A stretch of 64,000 nucleotides of DNA. Source: Vitrella brassicaformis CCMP3155 (Eukaryota; Protista; Chromerida). The DNA lies in assembly GCA_001179505.1 (NCBI GenBank), contig CDMY01000453.1, forward strand, positions 1-64,000. The letters are read 5' to 3'. The notes below the pieces were generated by a model. That model was given only the letters and a program-made list of their open reading frames with translations, had not been told where the DNA came from and did not search any database. Both the position numbers and the translations under genes were made by a program. Positions 18,693 through 33,600 of this stretch are shown one piece after another (the stretch's first letter is position 1; each line of letters begins with the position of its first letter).

Positions 18693-21600
18693 TCAGATGT
18701 CGGTCTTCATGCGTCTCCGCTGCTCTATGTAGGTCAGATCGCTCTCGTCTTTTCTTTCCTCGGCCTCTTTCTTCTTCTGGGCTCTCGTGCGAGGTATCAC
18801 CATCGGGGAGACTTCGGTGACATCGCTGTCGCTCTCATCTCCATGGTAGGAGCTCTCGAAAGGCAGTCTCTCTTGTGAAATGGCTGTGGATGAGGGGGGA
18901 TGCATTGGCCGCGGCGCGTGCTCGCCCTCCTGCAAACAAGCGCGAGACACCAAGACGAGCGACGTGTGTCTGTCTCCCTCCATTCAGGCCTCTGACATTC
19001 GTAGCTATCAGGCCACTGACCAGCTTGTGTGATGATGTCTTTCGTTTGACTCTCTTGATGTCGGGGTGCTGAAAGGCAAAAAGGCAGCAAGCAAAGAGAC
19101 AGGCAGACAACGTACGTGGACAGGACTTCTTCAGGGAAGTGCGTTTGTGTATCCAATCCCATTCACCGTGAAGGCAATCAGTGCTGGGCAGGACATGAGG
19201 AGGAAGTCGCACACCCAGGTCCGCTTGGAGATCAGCAGCACAGCCGACACCCATATGGTGCGAATCACCGGGGCCGTGAACAGCCTGTAAGTAGGAGCCA
19301 AGCAGAAGAACAAACAGCATGGTACATCCATCTCGCTGCGTGTGCCGAAGGATGCCCAACCGGTGCATGAGGGCGAGGCCGGCGGAGAGATACCACTTCG
19401 ACACCAGCACATGGTCAAATTTCTGACATACAAAGTAGGAAAATGAGGTTATCGTCTTTGTTCTTGCCCACGGGCTCGGCTGACCAGTATGAAGACGAGC
19501 AAAAAGTAGATGCACCAGCTGTCCCACAGCGCCAAGAAAGTGTACCCGAGGATGTCCTTCAGGCGCCAATACAGCAACATCACTCGTTTCTCGGCAGCAG
19601 TGTGTGTCTCCTCCGCTATCCGCTTGGCGAAACAGAAGCGCAAGAAGAGCGGCACGGGCACGGCCAGAAGCACCGACCACAATGACGCGAAAAATACTGC
19701 CAAGTCGAGACAGACAGAGACATACATGAATGACCGAATGACAGCAGTGTGTCGCACATAGATTGCTGGGCTGTGCGTCTGTCTCACCGTGCCAGCTCGG
19801 TATAAAGGGGTTGCCCAGCGGGAAACACACGTCAGCTGTACGTACCGAGGCAAATTTCATCTTAATTACAGTGTATATATGGTCTGTGCTCATTGGTGGG
19901 TCGACTACGTTACGTACGTGATGGCTGGAATGCGCATTGTGCGTTGAAGAAGAGAGACGAAATGAAGAGCTCCGTGAGGATACCCGACAACTCGACCGAA
20001 TACCGCTGCGTCCTGCATTATTAACGAAAAGGCCTCTGATGATCTCGATGTGCCGTGCGTCTGTTCACTCACTCACCGTGAGATGATGGGGTCATACGGT
20101 AGGACCTTGGGCACTGAATTCATCCACAGACAGGTAGATGAGACACATTCATTCATGTATGAGGCACGCGTGTAGCCAGCCGTACGTGGGTGTTCTCGGA
20201 TGGCCACTGTTGTGACGAGCTTTCTCGGCCCCCACTGAGACACCCATCCAAAGAAATCAGATGGACCGCCAACAAAGGAGAGTCAGTGCATGGCCTAATA
20301 CCCAAGACCGTGATCTCATCTGACTGACATCGTGATATTGGAGACGCTGAACCACACACACACACACACACACATGTTGGTTCATACGTATGCGCCTTCA
20401 AGTGTGTGTCTGTCTGTATGTGGCTCTCCTCTCCCCCCTCTCCACTCACCTTGGCCAGGATCAAGTTCTGACACGACGGCATGAAGGCGAATGTGAAATG
20501 TGAGTGTACGTCACTTGCCCGTGTCTCTGCTACATCTTTCCTCTCAGCCCACTCACTGCCCGCACCTTACCTGGTTCCTCTTGGTCTGCTGTGTGATGGC
20601 CGCCCTCAGGTTGACTGCCTCCCAGGTGTAGACGACGGTGTCGTTCTGGTACTGCTCAAACCGCACGAGCTGGTCGTGCATATACTTGCAGCACCTGCCA
20701 CAATCGCCGCACCGACCAGGCGCCACCTCGCTCTCCACCTTATCCGCCCCGTCCGCCGGCGCCTTGAGCCGCTCGCTCGCCAATGGGAGCGACAACTGCA
20801 GTGGTGGCTTCTCAGCCGCATGTTCCGTGTCGTGGTGTATCAAGGCCGGCGGCTGCGTGTCTGCCTTCTGCGTCCCCACGTCGGGCCGCAGCTCCACGGT
20901 CTGCGAGGGAGATTGGAATGATGATGAGATGACCAGGTCAACCTGCTGGTCGCCGGCGGCCTGGTTCGACGCCTCTGATGATTGTGGCGAGCCCGCTGGA
21001 TTTCGCTTGCGCAAAGAGGGACTACCGTGGCCGCGGGTGGGGCGGAAGGTAGCCGCGGCGGGTGCAGCCAATGTGTTTTCGAAAAAACCGAAGGAAGCAA
21101 TTGTCAGGCCTGTCTTGAAGACAGCTGGGTCATCCGTCTGCGTTGGTGTCTGCTGAGGTGATGCATCGTCGAAGAAAGACGCAATGACCTCTTCGCTGGG
21201 GATGTGAGAGTCCAAGGCGGCCGAGGTCTGCGTCTCGAGCCCGAACAGCCCCGCGACGTCGAGTGCGGACAGTCTTCGGTTCCCGGAGATGGCTTGATTG
21301 GGAGAAGTGTCTGGGTCTTTTGCGGAGAAGGTGACCGACCGCGCCATAGCTGCCTGCCTGACCGCGGCCTTCTTTTTCGTCTCAGATTGGTCGTCGAAGT
21401 CTGCGAAGATCGTGATGCGTCTCCTGTTGCCGGCGTGGGTCTTGCTGCGTGTCGCGGACGACAGTCGGGAGACGGTCGCAGCGAAGGAGCTCGCGAATGC
21501 CGAGTTGGAGAAGAAGAGACGCACGGTGGTCTTGTTGGTCAGGGAGAGCTTCACCGATGGAAGATGCGAGACCTCCAGCCCCATCTGCCCTTCGGCTGCA

Positions 21601-24600
21601 TCCGCCTCGTCTCCCTCCATCTCCTTGAGCGACTCGATGTGAGACATGAAGACGGCGTATACCGTGTATACCACCTCGTTCTTCTTGAGGCCCTCGGCAT
21701 CCTGCTGCTGCTCCTTCCCCTCTCTGTCGCCGCCGAAGGGAAGCCGGAAGAACGACCGGACGGTCTGGGCCGTCTGCGTCGTGCCCTGGCTCATCCTGCC
21801 GATTGAGCCCCGTCTCTCCACAGAGTGTCTTCTGGCTGGATGGGCTGACCGCGGCAGTATATTGAGAACGTTCCCATTGTGTGACAACCAGAGCGAGCAC
21901 AGGCCGAGCTGCGGGCAGTAGGCGTCGAGCGCTGTGGATGGGATGAAGAGGGGTGAAGTGCCAATATCGTGGGCGATCTCATATGTCGTGGAGGCCCATG
22001 CAGCCTTTTCTTGTTCTGTCGACTGCACCGGCTTCCAACTGTAGCTCTTGTTGGCAAAGAGCGGCGGCTGCGTCAGGAACTGCAGGTTGTTGCCCGGTGA
22101 GGTCGTCTCCAACTCCATTGCAAAGCTCAAATCCTGTCCGGACGGTGACGTAGGAGCCTTGTGCCGACTGAGGATGCTCGATGCCTTCTCCTGGGCTGCG
22201 TCCTGGTCTGTGTCGCTGTCAACGATCTCGTTGGAACCTTTGCGGACGTAGAAGCGCACCACGGTCTGCTCGGGGACGGAGTCGTCAATCTCGACAACCA
22301 CTCGATCCACTGCCAGAATGTGTCTCGGGCCCTCAAAGTCGATCTGGTCCACACGGGGCATGTGTGAAGCAAACATATTGATATCTGTGTGTCTGTTTGT
22401 TCAAGTGCACCATGGGTTGGAGAAGCCCCTCGGCAAATGCTGCCTCGGGATGAACGCAGACCATCCTGCCCTTGTCCGTCAGCTGAATACCCACACGGGC
22501 CGACACGTAAACGATTCTTCTCATTACACGTAAACGTACCCACAGCAGGTGTCGGGTATCTTCATACAGGTTCTCGGCGCTTCCACTAATGTGACCCACC
22601 TGCATCGATACATGGAGACATGCATTGAGACACAGCGTGAAAGATCATGCGACACTGGCTCACGTTGATGACGGCCTCAAAGGTGAAGTCGTGTGCCGGC
22701 AGAAAGAGAGCGTTCTTCTTCATTCGACGGATAAAGACGGGAATGGCTCCCAACGGGGGCAGATAGCGAGACTGCTTCTCGGCGGTCAACCCGCGCTTCA
22801 CACCGGCCAACTCGGGGTGAGTTGAAGACAAACGGATCTCTGCGGCGCTGCGCACATTCATTCATGTGACAAATTGAGCACTCCTGTTCTTCCCCTTCCA
22901 ACATGTAATGTATGCGAGAAGCCTACCGCATTTTGCTGTATGCTGTGTTGTTCTCTTGCGCATCTAACAAGGCGGCGAACATTTGCTTCTGGCGCGTGAA
23001 CTATGGCAAATTGTCACAAAGAAAAACACCAGGATATTATGAAGCTCTTCATCTCCTTTGTATGCGCAAACTTACATAGTCCTGTCTCCTTTTGTAGATT
23101 TGTGACATCTTCCTGAACGAGCGGCCACGACTCACTGCAAACAATCACGCATCGACAGAACAGGAAAAAGCGTGTGAATCGGTGTGAGAAATGGGAACGA
23201 AACGTGTGTGCACCCACTTTCATCTCCCTGCAACAGCTTCTCTGCTTTTCTCTCGTTGCTGATGTTAGCAAAGCTCGCGACGGCGTGAGCGACTTGCATG
23301 GCAGTGCTGCGCAGCTCCACCTCCCTCTCAGGTGAGAGGCCAAAGACGAAGAAGAGAGGCCGAGCGGCTACAGGGATCGTGAAGTCCGACTGGCCGCCGT
23401 CCGTCATCGGCTTGTGCGATCGGTGAGGGTCCTTGCGTGAGGTGGCACAAGAGATGGTCGACGCCGCGGTTACAGTCTGGCGCATGTCCGACGTGGATGC
23501 CTCTGCATCGACACACACACGGGTTGAAGAGACGTCCCCATTTGTGTCATTCGTGTGTATGGGCGTACGGTCGTCGTCAACCATGGCCGCTCCATGTTGG
23601 GCTTCCTCCTCCATCACTCTGTAGCGCCTGCCTCGGCGAGCCACACTTCGGAGCGTGAGCAGGGATGCGGCTAGCCGAGCCTGACGGTTGCGAGACGGAA
23701 ATCGGATCACTTAGACACGAGACAGACGTGGTCATCCGAGCCGAGCTATGTACCTGTACATCTTTGTACTCTTTGTTCTGCACGTTGTACCAAAGCTGTT
23801 GATCTGACCCCGCCTTGTCAGCTTGGGTGTCCAGCATGTCCTTCATGGCTTTCTTCGCCTGCAAGGTGCTCTTCATGTGGGTCAGCGGCGAATGCTCGTC
23901 CTCGTCCTGATGACGGACAGACAGACAGACAGACAGGCAGGCAGACAGGCAGACACGCGCATGTCCCTTGATATACACGCTTCATCCCTTTTGCATACCA
24001 GGCCCTCATCGTCTTCCCCGTCAGCCCCCTGCTTATCCTTGCCGTAGAGAGTGGGCACTGTATGCTTCGTCACCTCTGAGAAGGGCCGCTCTCGGTAAAG
24101 GATTGACGTCAACCAGCCGAAGCAGCAGAAATAGCCTATCCATCGGCCGATCATCGTCACGTTGATGACCACGGGAGCCACGAAAATCATCCCGCCAAAA
24201 AAACTGAATGAGACACGCACATAGCGCATTGCACTTGCACTGAATCGACCTGCCCTCCGGCTATCGGCTATCCGTCTGCATGCTTACCGAAAAGGTGGGC
24301 AGATCATACAGAGGAAATCCATGTCTTTGCGGGCGTAGCGGTCTTGGAAGAAGATATGTTGGCGTTTGCGGGGAGAACGCCAGTCGTGTCTAGGAGAAAA
24401 CATCGGCAAGCAGCAGTGAAGGTCGAATCGCACGCAGTGCTCTGCTCCAAGTGTTGCGGCCACCTGTCTCGTGTTCTCAGATATATGCAGGGGGAAAAGA
24501 GCAAGCCAAGGACGAAAACAAGGCCGAGAAAGTGGTGCGGTCTCTCGGCGAGCCCCTGCAGCAGCGTGTCGCTTTCCCCGACGATGCCGATGTTCGAGCT

Positions 24601-27600
24601 CTCGAACTTTCTCGTGGACTGCTTGGCAGCAGCAACGAAGCTGGTGAGATGGTCGCAGCTGCATGTCACATGACTTCCGTTGCTCTCGAGCTCGGTGCAG
24701 CCCTCTCTCGACCAGTTGCCGCTCCGTTCGTCGAAGAACTGGCAGGTGCACTCTGTGAAGTTCTCCCAACTGAAGGTGGTCCCCGGTTGAAGTGCAGGCG
24801 GTCCCTCCAGGTTCACGCTCGGGTTGAAAGTGCTCACGCCTGGGAGCTGCACGTATGAGTGACAAGCAGAGGAAACTCGACTTTGCTTCCAATGGACGTA
24901 TTTGTTTGTCAGGTGCTCACCTTGAACAGGCGTCTCCTCATCGTTGCCTCGTGGTCTATGCTTTGCGGCAGCAGCGCCCACACGTCTAGACTAATCAGCG
25001 GCGAGAGGGTGGCGTCGAGGCCCATCACAGACACCTGATCGTAGCTGCGCTGCAACAAACGCACCTCTGAGTCATCACTGGCTGACGTTGCATTCGTGAT
25101 GTTCGGGCACGCCATGGTGAAGTTGACGAGACGCGGTGCATCCTCTGCCGTGTCATCGAGACGTCGGCCGGTATCTCGCCTCCCGATGTTGAGCGATCGG
25201 CCATTGCACTTGAGCTGAATCGTCCTCACGTGTCCGAGTGTTGCGTTGGCTGCGGGTGCAAAAGCGAATGGGTTGGCGTTCCAGTCCATCTGGCTGACAG
25301 ATATCGGCCCGTCGAGAGCCGACTGCGGCGCTAGCTCATCGAACAGCAGCATGTCATCACCCCCAGCGAACGCGAGGCTGCCCTGCATCAGACCACAGCA
25401 CATGAAATCACTTGTGTGTGTGAATGGGTATGTGTCTCTCGCATTTGATTCATCACACGTACGGCTCCCGCGCTCATGCCCGTCTGGACGAACTCGTCTT
25501 TGTTCCGCTTCATGACAAGGACCTTCAGCCCGCCTCTCTCAACGCTTTGCTCCTCTCCCTCAACGGCTTCGTCAGAGATATCGGCTGCCAGGCTCTGACC
25601 CGCCTCGAGACACCTGCTGGATATCTCTTTGGACTGGCTGCTCAAATCGGCGGTGGCCTCTAGCCTCTCCGTCAGGGCTGACAGGCTCTGCAGACCGCAA
25701 GACAGCAAGAGACGCACATCATTAGTACATGCATGAAAGCGTGGAGCGCGTTCCTCATTTACGCTCGGTGCTCACTCACTCCAAGTACGGCCCCTCTTGC
25801 GGCTGTGGCGGCCTCGGTGTCATCACTTGCCGCACTGCACTTGCCTGTCTGAGCCCGGGTCTGGCCGGCCACCAGCTCGGCGCTGAACGAACGAATATGC
25901 TCAATTAGTATACGGAAATTTGTATGCGTGTTCGGTTACGGACCCTTTGTCGAGCATGTCATGGTCAAGGTGGCTAGAGAGGCCTGCTGAGAGTACCTCC
26001 TCTATCACCTGTGATACCACGCACACCTCATCCTCGCCTAGCCCCTGAGACGTCTGCACTCACACACATGTTACATACGCATACAACAACATATGCACAG
26101 AGGCTGAAGGAATGTCGACGACGCACCTTGATTGCGTCAAACAAGCCACTGATGAGCTGCGTGCCACTGATGAGCTGCGTTTGAGTCTCCCCACGTGATC
26201 GCTGGGCCTGAAGAAGCATCACTATCGAATCGGCCACCTGACTGCACGAGCTGAGAATGCCCGATGCGTCAGCGTTCAGGAGAGCCTGCAAGTTGTAATC
26301 AAGCACAGCAGGCGCATGCGTGTGCCGAGACGCGGAATTGGCTGACGAGGTACTTACTGCAGAAAGAACGTTTGTGATGTCTCCAGCGGACACATCACCA
26401 GCCTTCACAGCTTCACTGGTTACTTCCACAGACGGACACGCTAGCGCGTCTTGCCGAGCAGCAACCATGTTCCCTTGCATCTGACACTGATAGCCGTGTG
26501 CGTCCCGCACTACACCATAGAGCGTCCAACGGCCCTTAGGCAGCGGTCGCTCACATATAAGCCCCCCTTCGCTCGCTTTTGAAAATGGGCACATTCTGAT
26601 GGGGCTGCTGCTGGACTGATCGTCGCCGGCAGCCGCTCGATAAAAGGCAAATGCCTGATAGAGAAGCGACGCAGGTGCAACAAATCGCGTATGTGTGTAT
26701 GGTGGGAGACGTCTTGATGAGTTTATCTCTTTGTGTGTACCAGCTCATCAATGTCGTCATCGTCCTTCCAGCCATACATCTCCAATCGGACAGTCTCGAA
26801 TGTCGATACTGTGGTTTTGCTCGCGGTAATGTGGCCGCCAAAGGGGGGACGATCCATCAAGAAAGCATCTGAGACAATTGTCTGGTCAGCCGAGAGCTTC
26901 GCCGCAACGCGGTATGTTTGCCCAATGTCCAGCGCATCCATATCAAGAGCGACCCCAGAAATTATCTGGCCGATCTGAGCCGCTTCCATCCCCTGCTTCA
27001 ATAGAACAATCCTGCTCTGAGCCTGCGTCAGGGCCTCTGACGGGTCCAGCAGCGTCTCGCTCGTAATGCTTCTCCCATCCGCTCTCTGGAGCCACCACTC
27101 CACTGTGTCCGTGGAAAGTGACTGGCACTGGATGCCTGCCGCCTCCGTCGATGGGGTGAAGAGTACCACGTTGACACGTTCTTGCCTTGAAGACACCCTG
27201 CAACCGACGAAAGAAAGATGACATGCCAGTGTGTGAAAAAGCCTCCGTCTGATCCTCACTTCTTCGGAATGGGTGAAAGGGCGAGCGGAGGCTCGCCGGA
27301 GCTGGTGAAGGCCACCTTCGTCACTGCCGGCCCTTCGTCGCTGACCGTTGTGCCATCTTTCTCGATGTGAGCCGTCAGAGCAAAGAATACAACGCTGGCA
27401 GACAGACGAGTGCCCTCGACTGGTCTTTCCCCCTTGTGGCTGGTCGTAGTTGTCGTTTCTCCATCAAAGAAGGCTGCACCTGTGCACGACTCGACGAGAG
27501 AAGATGACGTAAGGAGATCCAGAGCATCTTTGGCTGATCGATCCGCTATCTGGCTGGCGAACGTCGTTGCGCGCAACTCCTGGGTGTTGTCGCTGATCTT

Positions 27601-30600
27601 GAAACACTGCCACTTGAGACCGAGAGCGGCAGCCGGAGGTGCAGCCACGTTGTAGGACAGCGAGAATGGGCAGCGGTCTCCAACGACTGTCGGCGCTGTG
27701 AGACTGACAACCGGTTGAGAGTAGCCACCGACGTCGACTCGAAACTCGACCGACACTCGGTGCTCAGGGGAGTCCTTGTACCAGGCTTGGGCGACGATTA
27801 TCAGCGAAGAAAACGGCTGCAAGGTATCTGGCTGGAGCAAGATTTTCAGCTGGTGGCCAGATGTGTTGTTAGCAGATAGAGACACCAACGAGTCATCGCC
27901 CGCTTCGCTGGCCGCTTGCCTGTATAGCCACTCGACAACGACATCGCTCGCGCTTGAGACCGATGTCGAGGGACATGATTGTTGGGCATCCTGGCTGGTG
28001 TCTGCCAAGACGACTCGAAGTGAAAGAGGCTCATCCACCTATCCAGAAAATACCATTCGGCGCGTGTGAGTGCGCGCTTTTCGTGCCTACGTGTTGGCTG
28101 GAGATAGCTGGGCTGCCCAACGAAGGAACAAGGCTTGGATAGCTGACGCTTTGCCTGATGTCGACGTCGATGGAAATCTCTTCCCTCAGCCGTGACGAAA
28201 GAAAATTCGTCGCATTGATCTCAAACACAAAGCGCACGACGTCGGTGCTTTGCAGGCTGCTGTCTGCGTCGACCGCTGCACGGATCTGTTCAGGGGTAAG
28301 CACTAAACTAGTGCTGGCGAGACCTGCACAGTGCACACACATGTAAGGTCACAGGGGGCTGTACGGTTGTCTCCTGGTGGTAGGCGACATGCAAGGTGAA
28401 TCTCCGGACTCACCTTCGGTGGATGAGATGTGATCATTGAGGTAGGAGCACGCGGCGACCGGCTCGAGACACGTCCACGAAACGTCAAGAGGACGCCCAC
28501 TGCCGCCACTCAAGTACACATCGACAGCGGCCACGCTGTCGCAAATGGAGTACACTGGTCGCTTCAAAACAGTAGCGAAGAGCACGGGAAGGATCACACC
28601 TGCCTGTACGCCGATCTGCTTTGACACGTCAGAGAGGAACCAGCCTGTGGGAAGGGGAGAGGCCTCACTCATCGCTGCCTCGGCTCGCGCAATCGTGGCG
28701 TCGTTAACGGTGATCAGCTGGCCAACTTTGGCAGTCGGGGAGTCACCGAAAAGGACTGCAATCATCCGGTCAGATACGGCGATGCACTGCGGGTCAGTGC
28801 CAAATGATGCCGAGCTCTCGGCAGTGAAGATGCCGCACAGATCTCCACCGCCACGAGTGACGGGAGTGAGAGCATTGTCGCTGCCGAGAACCGCCAAAGG
28901 AACGTCGAACGACACGAGGAGAGCCGAGAAGCCCGTAATAAAGTCGATGGACAGCAGAGTCGGCAGGGGCAGCTCTTCGCATAAGAATGACTCAGTGGGC
29001 GATGCTTTGCAGCCAATGGTGGTGGTGGCACTTGTCTGCCCCGCCAGATCGCACTCCATCTTATGGCAAAGGACAAGTTTGTCCGGCGGGGATGTCGAGG
29101 ACATGTCGCAGATGTGCCAGCCCGCGAGGAGAGGTCCCGTCGCCATGTCACACGCGGACAGACGGGTGCACGTTGATGGCTCTCCAATATTGGTCGTACA
29201 CGTCCACCCTTCGTCGATCGCCAAACAGTCAGCTGCGCAGCCTGAACAACACAAAACGAGCAAGACAGACACAAAGTGTATGAATCCACCAACGTTCACT
29301 GGTACATACCATCGCCCGAGACAGAGTTGCCTGCGTTGTTGAAGCAAGTAAGCAATAGCACAGCAGATACATTACAGGCGTACTGTGTGTGTGTGTGTGC
29401 GTGCGTGTGTGTGTGTGTGACCATCATCGCAGACTTCCGCTTCGGTCTTGAACGCGTCTCCACAAAGAGATTGCTGCACATGGGAATGGCGAAGAAAACA
29501 GTGAAGCATCTCTTCTTTCTGGCCTCCATCTGGCCAGCGTCCATGTCTCTTGCTTACACACGAGTGGAAGAAGTTGCCAGCGTCATCAGCAGTCGTAATG
29601 CACTCGTAGCCCTCCGGACACTGGTCAGGACAACCTGCAATGCCCATGTACATACAGTGCTCCCTCGACTACTGGCGTCGAATTTCACTCACCTTCGATG
29701 ACAGTGAGGACTCGCCCATGTCCAGGTGCCGTGGTGTACTTGGCATGCAGAGCATCAGCATCTTCCCCGCTGATATCACACGACTCATCCCTCTGCTGAC
29801 TGGCGTCACAATAGCAGATAGCGAGCCGACCCTCATGTGTACCGACAGGCAGCGGAGGCGTCTTTGTTGTCCCGCAGGTGACTTGTGTCGCCTCTCCCGT
29901 GCACGCCAGCCTCTGGTCAACGGCCTTGTTGGCGATGGCGGCGTCAGCAACGGCGACGCAGAAGGCAGATTGGGATAAGGTGCTGTCGTCGTGGAGGCTC
30001 GGCGGCAGGTACGCGTAGAGGATCTGGTCGCTGGTCTCGTCCATGTTGGTGCCGGTGAGTTCCAGACTGAATGTCTGACCAACACTCAGTGTGAGGCCGG
30101 TCGATCCCGGGACGCGCAGAGAGTCAACGACGGCTGCCGCGTCTTTCGGACGATATTCGAGCTGCAGGGAGAACGCCTCGGCATTGCCGTTTCCCGCCTG
30201 GTCGTGCACCACTCCAGCAGGCACCTCCAGTGCGGATGTTCCTGCAATGCTCCTCCGGACCAGCAAGAACCACTCGTTGGTAAACACCGACTCGGGCGGG
30301 ACAGAGGCCAGACCAAGATTCGCAGCTTGCAGCGCAGCGTCGAGAACAGGGCTCTGGATTGCGACGGGCTCCGTGGAAGTAAGCGACAGATTGAAGTATC
30401 CATCCGTTGACGAGGCGTCGGTGGTGCGGATGGATTGGCTGCTGTCGTCCAGGTGTAGAGACACGGACGGCGGCGTTAGATCGTTGGTGACGCTGACCGT
30501 GTTCGACTCTGTGTTGGTCCTCCCCGAGGACACACCCACTGCCGCCCCGTCAGGGATGAAGATCGATGCAGAAGAGTCCGCTTGGATGGATATGTGTATG

Positions 30601-33600
30601 TCAAACATCTTGTGGCCGCTGTCTTGGGCTTGGACGCTGTCCACCGTAGCATTCGTTGCCGTTACGTCTGATGCTGTGAATGTGCTCGGATCCATGGCCT
30701 CAGTAAATGTTGCCACAACAGTGACAGCCTGTTGGTTGGTGAGAGCAGGTCCCGTGAGAACGAGGCTGACAGTCGGCCTCGGCAGCTCTTCGGCAAATGC
30801 GAGTTGGAAGGATGATCCTCTAAGAGCGTTGTCCGTGACAGACGAAACAGACACATTAAGAAGCCCCGCCTGACTTGATGCTGCGGAGATCGTCGCAACT
30901 CCCTTGAAGAGGGTGGTGGTCAACCCACAATCCCCGAACTCCACTCCACTCACAGAATTCGCGTCCAGGCTGCAGTCGATGCTCACATCGTCTGACCTCG
31001 AGCTGACGGTGTTGTTGAAGGCGTCTGTCAGGGTGAGAGTGAGTGCGACGGAGGTGCCGACCAGAAAGGTAGTGTTGTCTTGCACGCTGATAGCGAGGCT
31101 GTCAGCGGCTCCGGGGACGACAGAGAAACTTAGAGTGCTCGAGACATCAAGTGCTTGAGAGGGGTTCGCCATGCTCACGCTGTACGACCCGACTTGCGTG
31201 AACACATAAGTGAAGGTGACAGTGTCTTGACTTGCGAAGGAGATGCTGTGCGGGCCAATTGTCTCTTCTGTGGACACAATCGATAGTTGGATGCTCATGG
31301 TGGTTGAAGCCGGCTTTCCATAAGTGTCCCGCGACGACATGGTGATGGATGCCGTGTCTCCGGCAGGGACAGTAGCCGCCACGCCGCTGAGAATCACATC
31401 AATCGGCACGCCTTTTCCTGGCAAGTCGATGCCTATGATAAGCGCCGCCTGATTGATCCACGTGACTGTCTTGCCAGTAAGAGCATAGTTGGTGTCCCTC
31501 ATATCCATCGTCCCAACTCGCAGCTCAAGGCTTGTGCCTGTGCTCTGCACCGAGATGCTGGCCACGCCGTGCACGATCGCGATGTCGGCGGTTCCGGCTG
31601 CTATGTTCTGGGATATCACTGCAGTTGACGGCTCGATCAAAAGGGCGGCAGAGACCCGATTCTCGTCATCCCGCAGATAGACGCTGATCGTGCCCATGGC
31701 CTCGGGAAGCACATTGCCATGGGCGTCCTCTGCTCGTATAATGACCGAGATCGACTGATTCGCAGCCGCATTTGCCGGGCCAGTGACTGCGACTTGCTGC
31801 GGTGAAGCTATCGATTCGGATACAAAAGGAGACGGCGGAAGAAGAGAAGAATGAGGCAACTCGTCTTTCGCCTTTGGCAACCATGGCTGCCTACTTGGCA
31901 GGACGCAGAACGATCTTCCTAGCATATAGCGGTTCGTGCGGGTCGAGTTGTACGTCACCGTTTGTGTCCCGCCTTCACACACATTGACTCGCACTCACAG
32001 GTGAGACAGAGTGGGTCTGTGTGTCCGCGCGCACCTTGTATCTGCTCCATGACATCATATGCTTGCCCTGTCCCATCAACAGGGTTGATCGTCACAGCCC
32101 CGCTTGTGGCTGCATTCACCGTCAATGGACAAAATCCTGCAAAGATAGATCTCAGGAAACCAAGAGCCAGCAAATGCCCAATGCACAGACACACTGTCGC
32201 TTCTCGCTGCCAACGAACCGTTCGTCATTTTGCAGAAGTTCAATATGGGCTGCACATACCACTCCATGTTCCAGGGGTCAAATACAGCGTTGGTTCCTTG
32301 CAAGATTGCGAGTATATTGGTCTCAACAGTGGGGTCGTCGACGGGCCCCCCGCTAGTATAGCTGGCGGCCTGCAGGTTCACAGTGAAGGGCTGCCCAGCC
32401 GTGGCGTAGTCATCGCCCCCGGGCCACACCGTATACACCACTTTGTCTGCCGCGAAAGAGACATTTCCAGAATGTGTGTGCGTACAGGCAGGTGTGAAAA
32501 CTCACACATGCATCCACTCACTGGTAACAAGCAGCGTCTTGCTCGTCTCGATATACTGCCCAGATGCCACTTCGTGTTTCACACGTATGTTGACCTGTCG
32601 AGCCGGCAGATCGCAATTGACTTCGTCGAAACTGACCTCGAAGACACCAATGCCTCGTTCGATGCGCACATCGCTTCCGCCGTCGGGAGTCCGGTACAGC
32701 AGACAGTTCAGCCCGGCGGCAATGTTGACGGTAGCCGAGCAAATGGTGCATCCGTCGAGGCCTGTCTCCACGATGTTGCCATTAGGGGTGTCCAGAAGGC
32801 CAACGTATACTGGGACATAGGCGTCAGCAGCAACGATGTTGTTGCTGAACTCTATTGCGATTTCTGTCGGCTTGTCGTTCACTGAGGGACACCGCAAAAA
32901 GGAAACATTGAAGCACTTTCATGTAGGTGTGATGTGCTCGCGTGTGTCTTGACTTACAAGGCAGCCAGCTGACAGTTTGTATTGAGTCGCCTTTGAGATG
33001 CGCCGGCCCAGCGACGCGTGCCATGGTCTCCCTCGGTGACTTTGTCTCTGTCAGCTTGATGCTTGCCAGACCTCTTGTCAGCTGAACAGTCTCAGTGGCC
33101 ACTAGGGTGTGCCCAGGGAAGCTGCTCAGGCTAGTTGTCGGATCGGCAGCTGATATGTGTGACAGTAGAGACATAAATGTACAGTTGCATGGTGTCCATT
33201 CTTGCAGCCTACGGCTTTGCACGACAAGCCAGTGGATGTCCTCGGGATGCTGCCAATTATTGAAGCACGTGTGTGAGGTGTCGTCTTTCCCCTCCATCTC
33301 ACTGTCACTGGAGCCCTGCACATATGTAAGCACTCACAGATGAATGCCTGGCACCTTGATGGAGACAAACCTACCTCCAGTGTGAGCGAAACGGATGTCG
33401 CGTTCCGATACGACACGTACTGCATTGTCAAGGCACGCATCGAGATTGTGTGTTGTGTTCTTTTCTGTGGGTACGTGCTCATACCTGTGCAAAACGGAAG
33501 AGCTGACCGCTGGGAAAGGGCTGGCTGAATTCAATCGTCCAGCGCGGATCGGTGGAAGATCGCGAAAGAACGCCTACGTCCAGGTCTCTCACGGCGAGGC

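Noticed and set aside
18239-18878. Plus-strand gene suggested by short ORFs
   Set aside because: It overlaps the 3' end and UTR of the minus-strand polycystin-like gene, and no coherent spliced product was found.
26146-26178. 18-bp in-frame tandem duplication (QLISGTQLISG) in the REJ region
   Set aside because: A trivial local slippage event that preserves the frame.
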